A program made the translations under genes and the position numbers. Positions 10,901 through 22,538 of a stretch of DNA of 64,000 nt are shown piece after piece. The notes beneath the pieces were generated by a model that saw nothing but the letters and a program-made list of their open reading frames with translations, did no database searches and was not told the origin of the DNA. This DNA is from Lytechinus pictus (lineage: Eukaryota): NCBI RefSeq assembly GCF_037042905.1, contig NC_087248.1:11470001-11534000 (forward strand). Direction: 5' to 3'. How positions within the stretch are numbered: position 1 is the first letter of the stretch; the number at the start of each line of letters is the position of its first letter.

Positions 10901-13900
10901 TAAAATCCCTTTTTATAAATACGTTCGAGCACATTTTTAAAATTAAATTAAATGATAAGATGTAGATGCATAAATTTAGTATATTGTGAAGATTTTGGCG
11001 TGTTTCATTCTCTCACATTCGTGTGATGAATGAAAACTTTAAAATTCATTATGAAATGACATGCATTGTGCGAGGTTAGTACAAGTACAACTAACCTCGC
11101 ATGCTTGTGTGAGTGGTTAAGACTAGTTACTAGGTCTACAGCTAACCTTATCTACAGCGTCTATGGCCCTATGGCATAGCCTATGGCCTGGGGAAAAGGG
11201 TGAGCTACCCCACCCTCTTCGATTTCATGCAACTTAGTTCTTCTACAGTGTAATGGGCAAAAAAGACACAAGAACTTTAATTAATTAGATCTTACTTAAT
11301 CAAAATTTTGTATTTTCCAGCAAATATGTCGCAAAGATGGTAAGCCGATTATATTAGTAATAATTGGCTTACCATCTTTGCGAAATATTTGCTGGAAAAT
11401 ACTTAATTTGATGATAAACACAAAGGGTCAGGTTCTTTGATCATTTCTAATACAGCTTTAGCATACAATTGTGCCAGCCAAGCACGTTCGTGTTCCCATT
11501 TTCAGTGCATGAATATTCATTTGCAATTTGCAATGCAGCTCTTTGTAAGTTACATGTAGGCCCTACTGCTAAAATAATGCCTTGCTTTGTGTTATCCCAT
11601 AGAAATCAATCTTTCAGTGTTATTGTTTTTCATAGTGCCCTAGAATCTAATGGTGTATTTGTTATTGTTTTTGTTTTTTACAATGTATAGGCATGAAGAG
11701 GAATTAGAGCTCCCTCAGCTACCAGAGATGACGTTTGGAGATAATGTCCTTCGCATCCATCATTCCGGCGGGTTTGGGATAGAGTTCAACACGATAGATG
11801 CTCTCAGACTGGTAGATAACAAGCATGATACAATGAAAGTAGCGGCCGCTGATACATGGCAGGAAGCAAGGTAGAAAATTTATTTGAACATTAATGGGAA
11901 ATCTGACCATGTTATAGTGATCCGAGGAGAGAAATGTGGAAAAACAAATTGAGAAAATTGAATGCAATTGGACAAAAAATTAGAAAGTTACAGCGTAATT
12001 GGAAAACCTTTTGAAAATTAAATCTATTTTTACTGAGGCCGTAAAGGTGAATAGAGACTTGCTTTTCTATAAATGAAATAAAAGAAATTTAAATATAGAT
12101 AAAGGTACAGGTGTATAAATTTAAGAAATTAAGAAAATAAAGAATTAGAAATTGGTACCATGAAATCCATCTTTTAATTAACTCTCAGCTGTTTCTCACT
12201 CTTTGTCTTTAATGGGTAAATTATTTGACATCTCCCTTCTATTTTGTATTGCAATACAGTGCGTCCCAGAAAAAACGAAACCGAGATTTAGCGATGATTT
12301 ATCATAACTTAATCATAAATAAAATAGACAAATGACCTACCAATGTAAAGCTTAGAATCTCCTCTTTCATCTGGTATTACTTAGATTATTCCTCATTCAC
12401 GCATGATTGAGCAAAAACAATTCGAAGAAAGGATGCCAAAAAGAAAATCACATGACTAAAAAGTTCAATATCTTCTCTTTTCTTTGATACCTAAATCACA
12501 GAAAATGGTCAAGTAGTAAAAAAGTTACGATCCCTCGAAACAATGCTTGTATTTCCATAATTTCATTGAATAAACGTGTTGTCACCGGTTTCCCACTGAA
12601 GCTATCGCACGGTAACAAAAGACTTAATGCATGGCTGAGCGTCAATAAAACGGAGTGTCGAGTGAGTTTGAACGCTAGCCTGTAAAACCTCTTCATTTTA
12701 TGAAATTATTGAAATTCAAGCCTTATTTCAAATAACCAGAACTTTGTTATTTCTTGACCATTTTCTGTAATTGAGGTATCAAATTAAAGAGCAGATATTG
12801 AACTTTTTAAAAATGTGGTTTTCTTTTTAAAACCCAGATACGGCCCGCCAAGTGACTTTTTGGTATCCCCTTTTCAAATTGTTTTTGCTCACTCATGCGT
12901 GAATGAGAAATAATCTAAGTAATTTCAGATGAAAGAGGAGATTCTAAGCTTTAAAATGGTAGGTCATCTGTCTATTGTATTTGCGATTAAGTTATGATAA
13001 ATCATCGATAAATCTCGGTTTCGTTTTTTGTGTGACGCACTGTATATGTATTTTCTTTCAATATATTCGCCCAATGTATATGTCGTTTGTGTTTGTATAT
13101 ATACTTTATATCATTCATATGTACAGCCAGTGGAGGCCAAATTTCTATGTATTTTATCATGGATCAATAATAAATGAATCTGAATCTGATGCAAAGTGCA
13201 AACTGCAATTTTGAAGTAGATTTGGTCACATGATCACAGGGACAACTCTTTTGGTCTGTCTGATGTACAGTAGCTGGGATGAGGATGCCAAGGCTAAAAC
13301 AGCCAAGTCCCCTTTTCCCTAGCATTGTCCTCAAAATGAAAAATAACTCAGAGTAATGATTTTTTGTTTGTTTGTTTAAGTTTTACAAATCAAACATGGA
13401 GAGAGAGGTAAAATGTTTAATATAAGGGGGGGGGGGAGGAGCAGCTGGCATCAAACAGGTGGCGGGTGCAATTCAGTTCTTGCCCCCCCCCCTCCCCCTC
13501 ACATAAAAATGTATTGGACTGTGAAAAGAGTTGGTTGATTTTTGCTTTCAATAATCTGACCATGTGATGATGTGTCTACATAACAATTATTACATTCAAA
13601 GTTTTGGTTATAAATTTTTTTCAAATATAATTTTTGGGGGTTGATGAATTTTAATTGCAACTTCATCATCATTTGTGTTTTAAGGAGTGATTGTGAGTTT
13701 ATCTCAAAGGTGATAAAGCCATTTGATTGGACATACACAACAGACTACAAGGGTTCCATCGTGAATTCAAACGGAAACCATTGTAAGGTAAGTTGCAACA
13801 AGAAGGGCCTGCTCATGGGGGAGGGGGGGGGGGGCTTTTTCATAAAACTGTGTGTTACCTGTACCTGAGAAATTTCCAATCTATTAGAAATATGTTGTTC

Positions 13901-16891
13901 TTCATCATCATCATCATGTGTACGGGAGGGTATATGTAGTCCTGTAGATCTCCCGGTCGTAAACACTTGATGCATAATTAAAAGTCTAACAAGTACAGTG
14001 CGGGCATGGATGTCAGACAATTTCAAAAATGTTCTTGGGCTAATGAGGTACCTCAAATTATCTGCAATGTAGAACTGAAATTTCAAACCATGATCAAAGT
14101 GACAATTATCAAAATTTTGCATTCAAATGCTTGAATACTTTTGCAACAAAAATTATACAGGTATGTATTCATCACCGTTACATAATAAGAATTAGAATCT
14201 TATTTACCATTGAAAAATATGTTCAAGTATATTTTTATGTTCTGGGAGTAGTTTTAGTGCATTTCTTAACATTGCTGTCATTATCATTTGATTATCATTC
14301 ACACTTGTATTGTTGTTTCTAATTGTTGCTGTTGTTTTTATTCTTTGCTCATATTTCATAATTTCTGACCCTTCGCAGGTCAGTGAAACGGATGAAAGAA
14401 TAGACATTGAGAAGCTGAAAGTGAGAGAAAAGATCTTCTTCTTTGAGGACATGCCACTCTTTGAAGATGAACTAGCAGATAACGGCTGTGCCATCCTTAC
14501 TGTGAAAATGGTGAGTAGTCTGCTAGCTCAGACCCTGTTTTGCACTGTCATTATCAAGTGGGTCTTGGGAGAAGTCTAGCAATATCCTCAAGTTGCTGTG
14601 AGAAGCTACACATGTGCAGAGTACACAATTCTCTTTCACCTTCAACTTGTTTGTCCATATAGCAAGAAGCCATAATAAACATATCTGAAATTGAAGGGAG
14701 GGCTGCTCTATGTTCGGAAAATATTTAAATGTGCATTGAAATTTAAAAATTAATTCATTAAAATTCTAGAAATCTTGAAAATAATTTACTAAGTAAATTT
14801 GTGTTGAAATACACACTCACAAATGATGTTCAATTTCAATGATTATTGTGCAGTAGCACCCACTCTTCGAGTATAATCTGACCAAAGCGGTGATGAAATA
14901 TAATCCGCATGCAGCTGGGGAGTTCAAGTGTGCCTTCAAGTCACATAGATGAATATTTGTGATACACCCCTGAGGTCTTGTTTTTCAAAAAGAAATAAAT
15001 ATCAGTCCATCATTCCCAGACGTTTCTTTTTGCTCTGAGTACCAAAACTGATGGTAGATTAAAAATATTCTGTGAGACATATGTGTCACTTTTTTCATGT
15101 AGCTGAATACTAGTTAAAACTATGCATGGTTTAATGCGGTGCATCTTTGTAACTACGTGTATTACAAGATTGGTCATGAGCAGGACTCGCACATGGCAGA
15201 CTGCAAACAAGCTATAATGGTCGTGTTAGTTGAAAAAACCCAAATAGTTTGCAGTGTTTAATTAGGTCCAATTCCCTTTTAATAACTGTAGAGGAAAAGG
15301 AGAAAGATAGAATAAAGAAGAAAGCATGTGAGAGAGAGAGACAGAGGCCAGGGCTGGGGGGAGACTTGGCAAAGTTTTTATCAATGAACTAATTGATTTT
15401 TTTTCTTTGTTTCAGAGAGTGATGCAATCCAGTTTCTTCCTACTGATGAGATTCTTTTTAAGAGTAGATGGAGTTCTAGTCCGCATCAATGATACAAGAT
15501 GCTATCATGAGGTATGTACCTCGACTACAAGCAGGAATGTTACGCATAACGACCTTCATGAATAATGACCTGGGTCCCGTAACACAAAGCTTAGCGATGA
15601 ATAGCAAATGTGAAAGAACGCTTCTGATTGGTTCTTGGTCAGTATTTTGAACTAAAATGCGCGCATAACATTGATCTTGATTGGTCAGTCCATTTAGCGA
15701 TTGATTGTTAATGTTTGTGTTACTGAGCCCAGGGGCCCGTGACACAAAGGTAAGCGATTAATCGCTAACTGAAATGGCCTATCAAGATCATAGTTGCATG
15801 TGCATTTTGCTCAGTAGACTGACTAGGAACCAATCAGAATTGTTCTTTCAAATTAGCGATTGATCGAATGATCTTTGTGTTATGGAGCCCTGGACCCAGT
15901 AACACAAAGATTAGCAAGTAATCCCTAATTGATATTGGCCTATCAAGATCATCGTTGCCTGGGTATTTTTCCTCTGTAGACTAGGAACCAATCAGAATTG
16001 TTCTTTCAAATTAACGATTTATCTGTAATCTTTGTATTACAGAGCCCTGGACCCAGTAACACAAAGGTTAGCGATTAATCGCTTTAATGAAATGGCCTAT
16101 CAAGATCATCCTTGCATGTGCATTTTGCTCTGTAGACTGACTAGGAACCAATCAGAATTGTTCTTTAAAATTGGCGATTAATCGCTAATCTTTGTGTTAT
16201 GGAGCCCTGGACCCAGTAACAAAGGTTAGCGATTACTCGCTAATTGAAATTGGCCTATCAAGATCATCGTTGCCTGGGTATTTTGCTCGGGAAAGACTGA
16301 CTAGGAATCAATCAGAACTGTTCTTTCAAATAAGCCATGGATCGCTAACCTTTGTGTTACGGTGCCGTATGTTATGAGTAGTGAACTTTCAAATATGTCC
16401 TGAATAGAATTAATCCAGTGTGAACAGGGTGATCATATATCATAAGATCACAAAGATGATGTTAATAATGATAATGATAGTAAGGAGCCAAATCCCATTT
16501 TATGAAAGAAATAATACATATCATTTTGTTGTCATTAGTTTATTTCCCGATAATCTGTTCCTTTGAAAATTTGGGAGTCTCTTGGCTGCCATTCGTCTCC
16601 AATGTAATGTTCCGGATAGATGTAATCACCAGGCATTTCAACAAGTCAATTCATGAGAACACTTCTCCTTTTATCCATTTGTATTAACCCCTTCCTTTTT
16701 CTCTTCATACATAGGCTGGCACGAAGTACATCCTGCGCGAGTATAGCAGTAAGGAGAAGTCCATCCAGGCTCTGGGTCTCGAACCGCATGAACTGCAGGA
16801 TCCAATCAAACTTAACGAAATGTTGGACACGGTCTCACAGACTTTTGAAAAACTGGAGTTTCAGACAGACTCGGAACAAGCGATGTCATGA
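1947..16891 (+). CDS. TIPRL: TIP41-like protein (PP2A regulator), 6 exons, 269 aa
   Basis: Exons 1947-2068, 11691-11870, 13685-13787, 14379-14510, 15416-15511, 16715-16891, all GT-AG with consistent phases. Motifs [62 protein letters not shown]. Confidence 0.96.
2630..2865 (-). repeat. 3' LTR
   Basis: Direct repeat of 9028-9263, adjacent to the PPT. Confidence 0.95.
2866..2879 (-). other. Polypurine tract
   Basis: Minus strand AGAACGGGGGGGAC immediately precedes the 3' LTR (TGTTG...). Confidence 0.8.
3887..4330 (-). pseudogene. TatD-family DNase domain (C-terminal part), frameshifted, within the LTR element
   Basis: KVLILHLRG...RVHIHCC...TYFSFG...[19 protein letters not shown]. After a frameshift at ~4001 it continues [37 protein letters not shown] (TAG 3887-3889), the typical TatD C-terminal helices. 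5' boundary approximate. Confidence 0.85.
4541..5407 (-). CDS. Retropepsin-type aspartic protease (truncated pol), probably reached by -1 frameshift
   Basis: [15 protein letters not shown] (D-T-A catalytic motif) and MLLGLDFL. Overlaps the gag 3' end in the -1 frame. The frame continues past TAG 4541-4543 (…[12 protein letters not shown]…) to a stop near 4380, so the TAG looks premature. Confidence 0.85.
   Translation of the reverse strand, partial: GKQGQGTSFLCRGPGGGKLQRVGGAGQPPAPTARGQIEGSKLASSPEGPSVGSSEGITEGVSERLIVPGNNVTGIATYVEAAARDPVPSNTRISDLGEAILESVPDALPGLGCASEIEEVVVCRLESRSTLKVSVVIGGQPVSAVVDTAAEVSIISDRLLQSLDPQPPKLREVILHAAGRDMKMRGTIVGPLSIELGNQTFSEEVYVAPIADHMLLGLDFLSKRKAAIHLQDPHMQLGGQRIPLWYSDDPGRQIARVHLHKRVIVPPNALKRITGILDQRLGDFMFNP
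5296..7002 (-). CDS. Gag-like protein, 568 aa: N-terminal HhH-like motif, capsid region, CCHC zinc knuckle
   Basis: Intact [23 protein letters not shown] capsid-type start, [15 protein letters not shown] major-homology-like segment, [14 protein letters not shown] knuckle. Confidence 0.92.
   Translation of the reverse strand: MDGEEKIPINVCSFEEFRSLGLSSALAGIIQGVRLDHGEITPELFESSPVLCNNRELAARVDFSGGTQGGESSIFITPRGRPTMSTPLREPDQNGAGPGGAYPYDHYPPPAASQSSGSWGASPSHLRGERGHQPPSTRGAGMGGGVEPRVRPRHLIGEEANEAHANRCGQVSGDSSEWSGGDDFPARHPSLGGRQGIRTRVGDGRGSSAPPPTPDYSARNVRAGMTRPAQHSSSSPPSSPAASPANSSASSGRGTGGGLPYCTLPKSLTFDGKGNWRAFFRKFSAFADHHNWNAAERVSQLYWGLKGKAEDYLLMVLDQEPNLLYADVIARLQHRFGEEGLSESAQLEFVAAKQGPTESLPEWADRVLQLAARAFPGVDGPYPNRQAVLRLCQGALNREAGCHALTRNPSTVNEALKYIEWHQHVHRAMYGRPKAVSKANEGEVRKVELPQGNNAALEQRLVNLERKTDERLGHIERDLQRLGGLERDLKKVLEAIQTRPQPARERGRSPGRDRCYECGGIGHYRNNCPLVQENRAKVQVSFVGDQEEENSSGSEELASPRPPPPEAK
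7040..7655. repeat. ~175 bp tandem repeat (about 3.5 copies) in the retrotransposon leader
   Basis: GGTTAGGCACA…AGCCCGACCAAAA…AAGCTATCCCAAAAAATTAGGTCCAAA recurs at ~7210, ~7385 and ~7557, with a diverged copy at ~7042. Confidence 0.85.
9014..9026 (-). other. Primer-binding site, probably tRNA-Ser
   Basis: TGGCGCTGCGAGC begins 1 nt after the 5' LTR. Complementary to a ...GCUCGCAGCG-CCA end resembling metazoan tRNA-Ser (TGA/CGA); the tRNA assignment is an inference. Confidence 0.7.
9028..9263 (-). repeat. 5' LTR
   Basis: Direct repeat of 2630-2865, followed on the minus strand by the PBS. Confidence 0.95.
9467..9912. mobile_element. Second (inverted) copy of the 239-678 non-autonomous transposon, 9 bp TSD
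   Basis: GGATATGAC at 9458-9466 and 9913-9921; TAGAC...GTCTA ends. Confidence 0.85.
9922..10596. mobile_element. 675 bp near-perfect palindromic (foldback) element, 8 bp TSD
   Basis: Arms 9922-10255 and 10271-10596 are reverse complements with few mismatches and a small indel. TAG...CTA ends; GATATGAC at 9914-9921 and 10597-10604. Confidence 0.9.
11311..11401. repeat. ~90 bp hairpin/palindrome
   Basis: TATTTTCCAGCAAATATgTCGCAAAGATGGTAAGCC...GGCTTACCATCTTTGCGAaATATTTGCTGGAAAATA. Confidence 0.8.
12257..13042. mobile_element. Tc1/mariner-like MITE with long TIRs, TA TSD
   Basis: TA|CAGTGCGTCCCAGAAAAAACGAAACCGAGATTTA ... TAAATCTCGGTTTCGTTTTTTGTGTGACGCACTG|TA. Confidence 0.88.
15573..16366. repeat. 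Tandem array of five ~158 bp MITE-like units separated by CWG
   Basis: Each unit starts GGTCCCGTAACACAAAG-like and ends CTTTGTGTTACGG-like. A solo relative lies at 24522-24650. Confidence 0.85.
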
Positions 16892-17868
16892 TAGGACCTT
16901 CTGTATGTTTACTTTCACAATGAAGCTGTCCTACTTGTGGACACTTGTTGGGACAAGTTCAGTCATTCTTGTACATCAGTGAGTGATTAGTGACAAAGGC
17001 CAGGGAGAGAAATTTCGGATTTAAAACTCAGAAGATCGACTTCAGTGTAAAGTTTGCTTAATTTCAGAACAGTATGTCCGTCGATTCTGAAGCCCCTTGT
17101 CTTCATTTCTTTGGAGAAGTGGAACACCAATTCAAATTTAGAAGGACCTTTGGAATCACACGATTAAGTGTAAGAAGAATGAATTCAGACTTCTTACAGG
17201 GCCATTAGGAAACTTGTCGGAAGTCTGTGCTGTGTCTCGTAGCAAGGATCCCGTTACAAAGGAGCCATGCATTTTTTCAGAGCGGCTTTCCTGCACTCCC
17301 CATTTTCTTGTCTATGATGAAATATGAAGATTGGCTGAGGGAAGGATGTGTCTCTTACTTTTGACAAGGTACCTTACCCATTATGTTACTTGTTGCCTTC
17401 ATACATGTAGAAACACGGTGTGCAACAAAGTTCAATTCAAAACCATGGTTGCATTATTGTACCCAGCAATGAATATTTTTCAGAATGCACACTCAACACA
17501 CACAAGGTGCATTTCGAAAGGCCAATTGGCAGAATCACAGCCGTTGAAAAATCACTTGAGCACATTGGAGTTCATAATCATGATTGTATGGCGATGAACC
17601 TGCATTGCTGTGCACACCAAGTTGACCTCTACTTCCTGGGTCAAGTGGCTTGGATTGTATGAGGAAGAATCCGTGTTGATTGAAAATTGCTTGAATGCTA
17701 TCTAGCCCACAGCAACGATGTTTTATGTTTACAATTTGATTCTTTCAATCATGGTTGTGATCCCAGCATTACAAACTTAGTTGAATACTCCAGGCCAAAA
17801 AATTGTTATTTTGTATTCTGGGGAGCTACTTTCCACAACTTGCTGCCTAAGCCTGCAATATTGGATAA

Positions 17869-18633
17869 TCTAAACTGACCGGGGGGGGTTGAATCAACCC
17901 CCCCCCCTCAACATTTTCTGTGATCATTTCGCCGTGCGAAATTTTTTTACCGCGCCACTCACAGAGTTTATACTTTCAAGTCTCGTGCATCTTTTGAGAC
18001 CAAATTTGCGACGCCCAGGTACGCGGTTCCGAAATTACGCAACATTTCGTAAGTGCATGTCAGACCAAAAATTGTTCCAAAACGTGATTTTGTGTACAAA
18101 GTCAATGCAAATTGAGTTTTCTCATCTTATTCATAAAGATATGTTTATTTTTGCTTTAAACAGCTGAAATCAATTGATTTTAGCATAATTATGCTTCAAA
18201 AAGGTTGTGCAATAAATCTGGTGAAAAAAACAAAGAAAAACAAAAGGTTGAAAAACAAAGAAATACATAAGAAATTCATAAAACAATAAAATACATAATA
18301 AATTGATTTTCAAACCGAAGTTTTTTTCTATTGTGATTGTTAAGAATGCTACAAAGAATGTTTTTACCAAAAATTAGCATTCTAGGAGCTTTATTTAGTG
18401 AATTAGAGCAAAAAGTATGATTTATGCATAAATTAGCATAATTAATTCATATAAAATAAAATCTCATTATTTTGGAAAATTTTACCATACAGCCTTGTAG
18501 ATTACATCGCACTCTACCAGCGTGCAAATTTTTGCGGCGCTCGCGCGATCGGCGGCCGAGATCTCAGGGGGGGGTTGAATCAACCCCCCCCCCCCGGCCA
18601 CAGAACAGCCAAAAAAGCCCGGTCTAGTTAGGA
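17869..18633. mobile_element. piggyBac-like non-autonomous element (copy 1, degenerate left end)
   Basis: Internal similarity to 19039-19725; G/C-run subterminal motif GGGGTTGAATCAACCCC; right end followed by TTAA. Confidence 0.6.
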
Positions 18634-18654
18634 TTAACACTGCACTGAATGGAG

Positions 18655-19033
18655 AATCCAAATATGTTTTGTAGATTTTTAAACAATTTTCAAGAGGATA
18701 TTTTCAAAATTTTTAAGCTCCACCCCATTCCCTCTATGACACCATCTGTCCATCTTAATCAGCATCACTAACATTTTTCATTAGACAATGTTATGTAGCT
18801 TCCCACAGCTCAGCACATACTCATATCACATGCTTTCATACAATACATTTACATTGTCTTTCATTTGCTGTTGATGCTGCAGTATGTCTCACAATGCATC
18901 TTATATGTTGAGACTGCTAACAGGCGGTTACAAAATAAATGAGATCCGAACTCTCTGTAGGGGTGGAGCTTAGCAAGTTCGACAAAATTCTTCTTTGAAA
19001 ATTGTTTAAAAATCAATGAAATATATTTGGGTT
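18655..19033. mobile_element. Degenerate MITE with ~70 bp inverted ends
   Basis: CCAAATATGTTTTGTAGATTTTTAAACAATTTTCAA...GCTCCACCCC versus GGGGTGGAGC...TTGAAAATTGTTTAAAAATCAATGAAATATATTTGG. Confidence 0.55.
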
Positions 19034-19038
19034 CTTAA

Positions 19039-19725
19039 CCCTAATAAGAGGGGGGTGGCGCGATAAATCCTGCGCACAAATTTTTTTTTACTGCCTTGCT
19101 CGCGGACTTTTTACTTTCAAGTCTCACACAACTTCTGAGACCAAAATTGCGACCCCCAGGTATGCGGTTTAAAAATTACGCAAAATTTTGTAAGTGTATG
19201 CAGACCCAAAATAGTTCAAAAACGTGAATTCATGTACAAATCCAATGCAAATAGTGTTTTTAGCCAAAATTCATAATGTATCATTAATTTTCCTTTTTCT
19301 GATTAAAATCAATTAAATTCATCATGTTTACGGTCAAAATAAAGTCCTAATTTCCATTGAAAAAAAAAAAACTAAAAGTTGAAAAATATGTATAAGAAAT
19401 TAAGAAAACATAAAATCAAATGTGATGTTGACATTTTTTAAAAGTACATTTGATCAGATTCCTATAAAGAGTCTTCGAACCCAAAATTAGCATTTTAGGG
19501 GCATTATTTAGTAAATTAGAGCAAACTTTTGATTTTACACATAAATTAGCATAATCAATTAGCAATGAGATTTTTTGCAGGATTTGATCTTGTAGTTTTG
19601 AAGATTATGCCATGGTAACACGTGGCAAATTTTTGTCGCGATGGACGGCCAAGATCATGGGGGGGGGGCTTAATCAGCCCCCCCCAGTCTTCTTAGGCAT
19701 AGAAATAGCCCAGTCTAAAATAGGG
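19039..19725. mobile_element. piggyBac-like non-autonomous element (copy 2)
   Basis: TTAA|CCCTA ... TAGGG|TTAA ends; related to 17869-18633. Confidence 0.7.
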
Positions 19726-19889
19726 TTAAAATGTAACATATCAGTTTTTAGTACCACTATGCATCAATAGGAGTCAACTTGGATTTCGATGGCACAGAAC
19801 CTTCAAAGAATTCAAACTGTTGGTAATGACATCAATGTGCCCATCTCAAGAGTATAAAACTCCAATGTACATTAGTAATTTTGTTTGCA

Positions 19890-20100
19890 GAAGTGTGGCT
19901 TATTGGTTAAGTCCCTAGACTGTACCACAAGGTCCGAGGTTCAAATCCCACTGCAACACTTGTTTCCCTTTGTCAAGGTGTTTATATTTGCCACTCTCCG
20001 CACAGGTGTAGTGAATGGGAACTTGGTAGGAAGAATTTCCTTGAATGCGCCTGATCAGGGTAGCTGTGCCAATAGTATGCAGTGCTTGCATTAAGCGTTA
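19890..20100 (+). mobile_element. Degenerate tRNA-derived SINE
   Basis: A-box-like TGGCTTATTGG, B-box GGTTCAAATCC; body resembles 21503-21793. Confidence 0.5.
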
Positions 20101-21023
20101 TAAAGGTCCCATATCAGAATAAAAAAGTGGAAAGGGCAACATTCATCCAATTCTGTGATGATTTAGTTCATCACTTTGTTGAATCAAATCATGAGAAAAA
20201 AATTGTGATGTAAAAGCATTAAAAGGGCTTGTAATTCCAGAAATTAAGACTCAATGGCATTCAAGAAATGATTCTTTTCTATCATTTGTGACATTTCTGT
20301 GATACTGGAGAAATTAAGTAAAGTTGTGAATGGAATAAAATTCAATGAAAATAACAGAGAATCAAAGTTGACATTGTTATCTGTGAATACTGGCATTTGT
20401 ACTATTGCTATCTTTTAATCTACATGTATACCGCATGGTGTGATCAAAATCAATTTTGTAGTAAGTAGTAATGTACTAGGATTTTACTATAGAATTAATC
20501 CTCACATAAAAAGTATGCAATTTATCATTTTCCAACATTCTCACTTAAAAAATTGTTCATTCTCAGGGGGAAATAAGTATTTGGAAAGTGAAAAATCATT
20601 ATATTACTTTTTTGCTTCTGACTTCTGAAGTTGACTTTGAAATATTATGTTGTTGAAGCATTGATAATCCATACTTCTTATTCATATAAAACAAGAGACG
20701 GAGCTTATTCCTGTATTCATTTGGTCTACAAGCACCGAAGCAGTTGGTCAATTTCATAGATACCGGTAGTCAAATACCACATGGGCTCAACCCATCTGGC
20801 CTACTATGAATTTGGTCTAATTGCTGTTTTGGTCCACACTTTACTCAAATGTAATACCCATATACATGTTGTCTACATGCCAATCGTCATTTTGTGTACT
20901 GCTCAGATGGTCTGTTTTCCTCCTCTGTCTGCTAATTGCTTACACTTTGACAACTGAAAATTTAATTCTTGAACAGTTCAGCTAATATACATGTACATGT
21001 AGATTACCTGTATAGACCTTTAA

Positions 21024-21415
21024 TATGAAGAGCTTGATTCCAAAAGGAGCTAAATCCACTTTTGACCAAAATTGATTTTTTGATACAAATATATGTATGT
21101 TAGACGTGAGAATCAAGTGCAACGTATTGCATTTGAATTTTTTTTTGGAAAAGTTGGTAAAAATTGATTGCAAATTTGAGATTTGTTCCAAAAGGAACTA
21201 AATCCAAAATGGTTTTGTTCCAAAAGGAGCTAAATCCACTAAACAGTTATTTAAAATTTGTTATTTTACAAAAAGTTATGCATTCAATTTTTTAGGTAAA
21301 TGTTGTGGATACAAGTTTACACCATCAGTGCAAATTTTGCTGAAAATAAAAAACCTTAATTTACAGAAAAATACCAAAAGTGGATTTAGCTCCTTTTGGA
21401 ACAAAACTCTTCATA
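21024..21415. mobile_element. MITE with ~40 bp TIRs
   Basis: TATGAAGAG...TTCCAAAAGGAGCTAAATCCACTTTT and its reverse complement at ~21376-21415; internal repeats of the TIR motif. Confidence 0.75.
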
Positions 21416-21502
21416 TATAGACTACACATGTAATTGGTGCTAGACCAAGTGGATATGGGATGAAATGGGTATAGCCTTACTGGAACTTTGATAAAAGTTT
21501 GT

Positions 21503-21793
21503 GGAGCGTTGTGTCCCAGTGGATTAGTCTCCGGACTTTGAAACAGAGAGTCGTCAGTTCAAATCCCAGCCATGGCGTAATTTCCTTCAGCAAAGAATTC
21601 ATCCACAGTGTGCTGCACTCAACCAAGGTGAGGTAAATGGGTACCGGCAGGAAGTAATTCCTCAAAAAGCTGTGTGCACCTGAATAGGTAGCCTAGCTTA
21701 GCCGGGTAATAATAATAGCAGGGCCCGCTGGGAGAACAGTTTTTTAACTGAAGTGGCTACCCTGGGTAAATATACTGTTATTATTATTATTAT
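21503..21793 (+). mobile_element. tRNA-derived SINE with (TTA)n tail
   Basis: A-box TGTCCCAGTGG, B-box GTTCAAATCC, tRNA-unrelated body, TTATTATTATTAT tail. Confidence 0.8.
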
Positions 21794-22399
21794 AAAATGG
21801 TAATTGGGCCAAATAAATGTCAATTAGACCAAAAGGTTACATGCACTAGACGAATTAAGATTAGACCAATAGATGAAACCAAATGGAAAATAGACAAAGC
21901 TTTTGTAGACCAAGTGGCAATTTAAACAATTAGAGGCATATCCACATTCCTGTAACAAAGCTACTGACTTGGACTTTGAGCTGAACTCTAGGAACTTCAT
22001 TATTGGACATGTATGATACCTTGTACATATATCAAAAGAGATCAATCAACTCTATCATTTGTACTGTTTTTCTTTCCATTAATATAGTTTTAATTATGAA
22101 TCTTTAAAGTTATTATGTGCAGGACATGTATTATAAAAAGTCTATATATCTACAATATGAAATGTCAAACTATTTAACACTTGAAAGATCTCAGAGTTAA
22201 ATGTAAATCCTATTTTGCCATTATTTTTTAATGCTTTCAAAATTCATTTACAAAGCAATTTATTTACTGGATTTTTCCATTTCAATAGGTTATCTATCAG
22301 CATTGAATATATTCCTTAGTTCATGATATAATTTTTTTTTTGTCTACCCAAGTAAAGGGAATCGCATAAAAAAATGTGTTAATGGGAGAGCTTTTAATT

Positions 22400-22538
22400 T
22401 ATTCAAGTCCTTTCATTTGTGTGCAACAAAGGTTATGGTGCCTTTGAAAGGACAATAAATGGATTTAATTTACAGGAAAGGATTCATGTCTTTCAAAGGC
22501 ACCATAACCTTTTTTGCAGACAATGAAAGGATTTGAAT
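22400..22538. repeat. Palindromic MITE-like inverted repeat
   Basis: AAAGGTTATGGTGCCTTTGAAAG and CTTTCAAAGGCACCATAACCTTT with extended flanking complementarity. Confidence 0.7.

Noticed and set aside
15573-16366. Possible CRISPR-like repeat-spacer array
   Set aside because: Eukaryotic intron, units similar along their whole length with no unique spacers, and no cas genes.
21503-21575. Possible tRNA gene
   Set aside because: A/B boxes are present but continue into a SINE body and (TTA)n tail; no clean cloverleaf.
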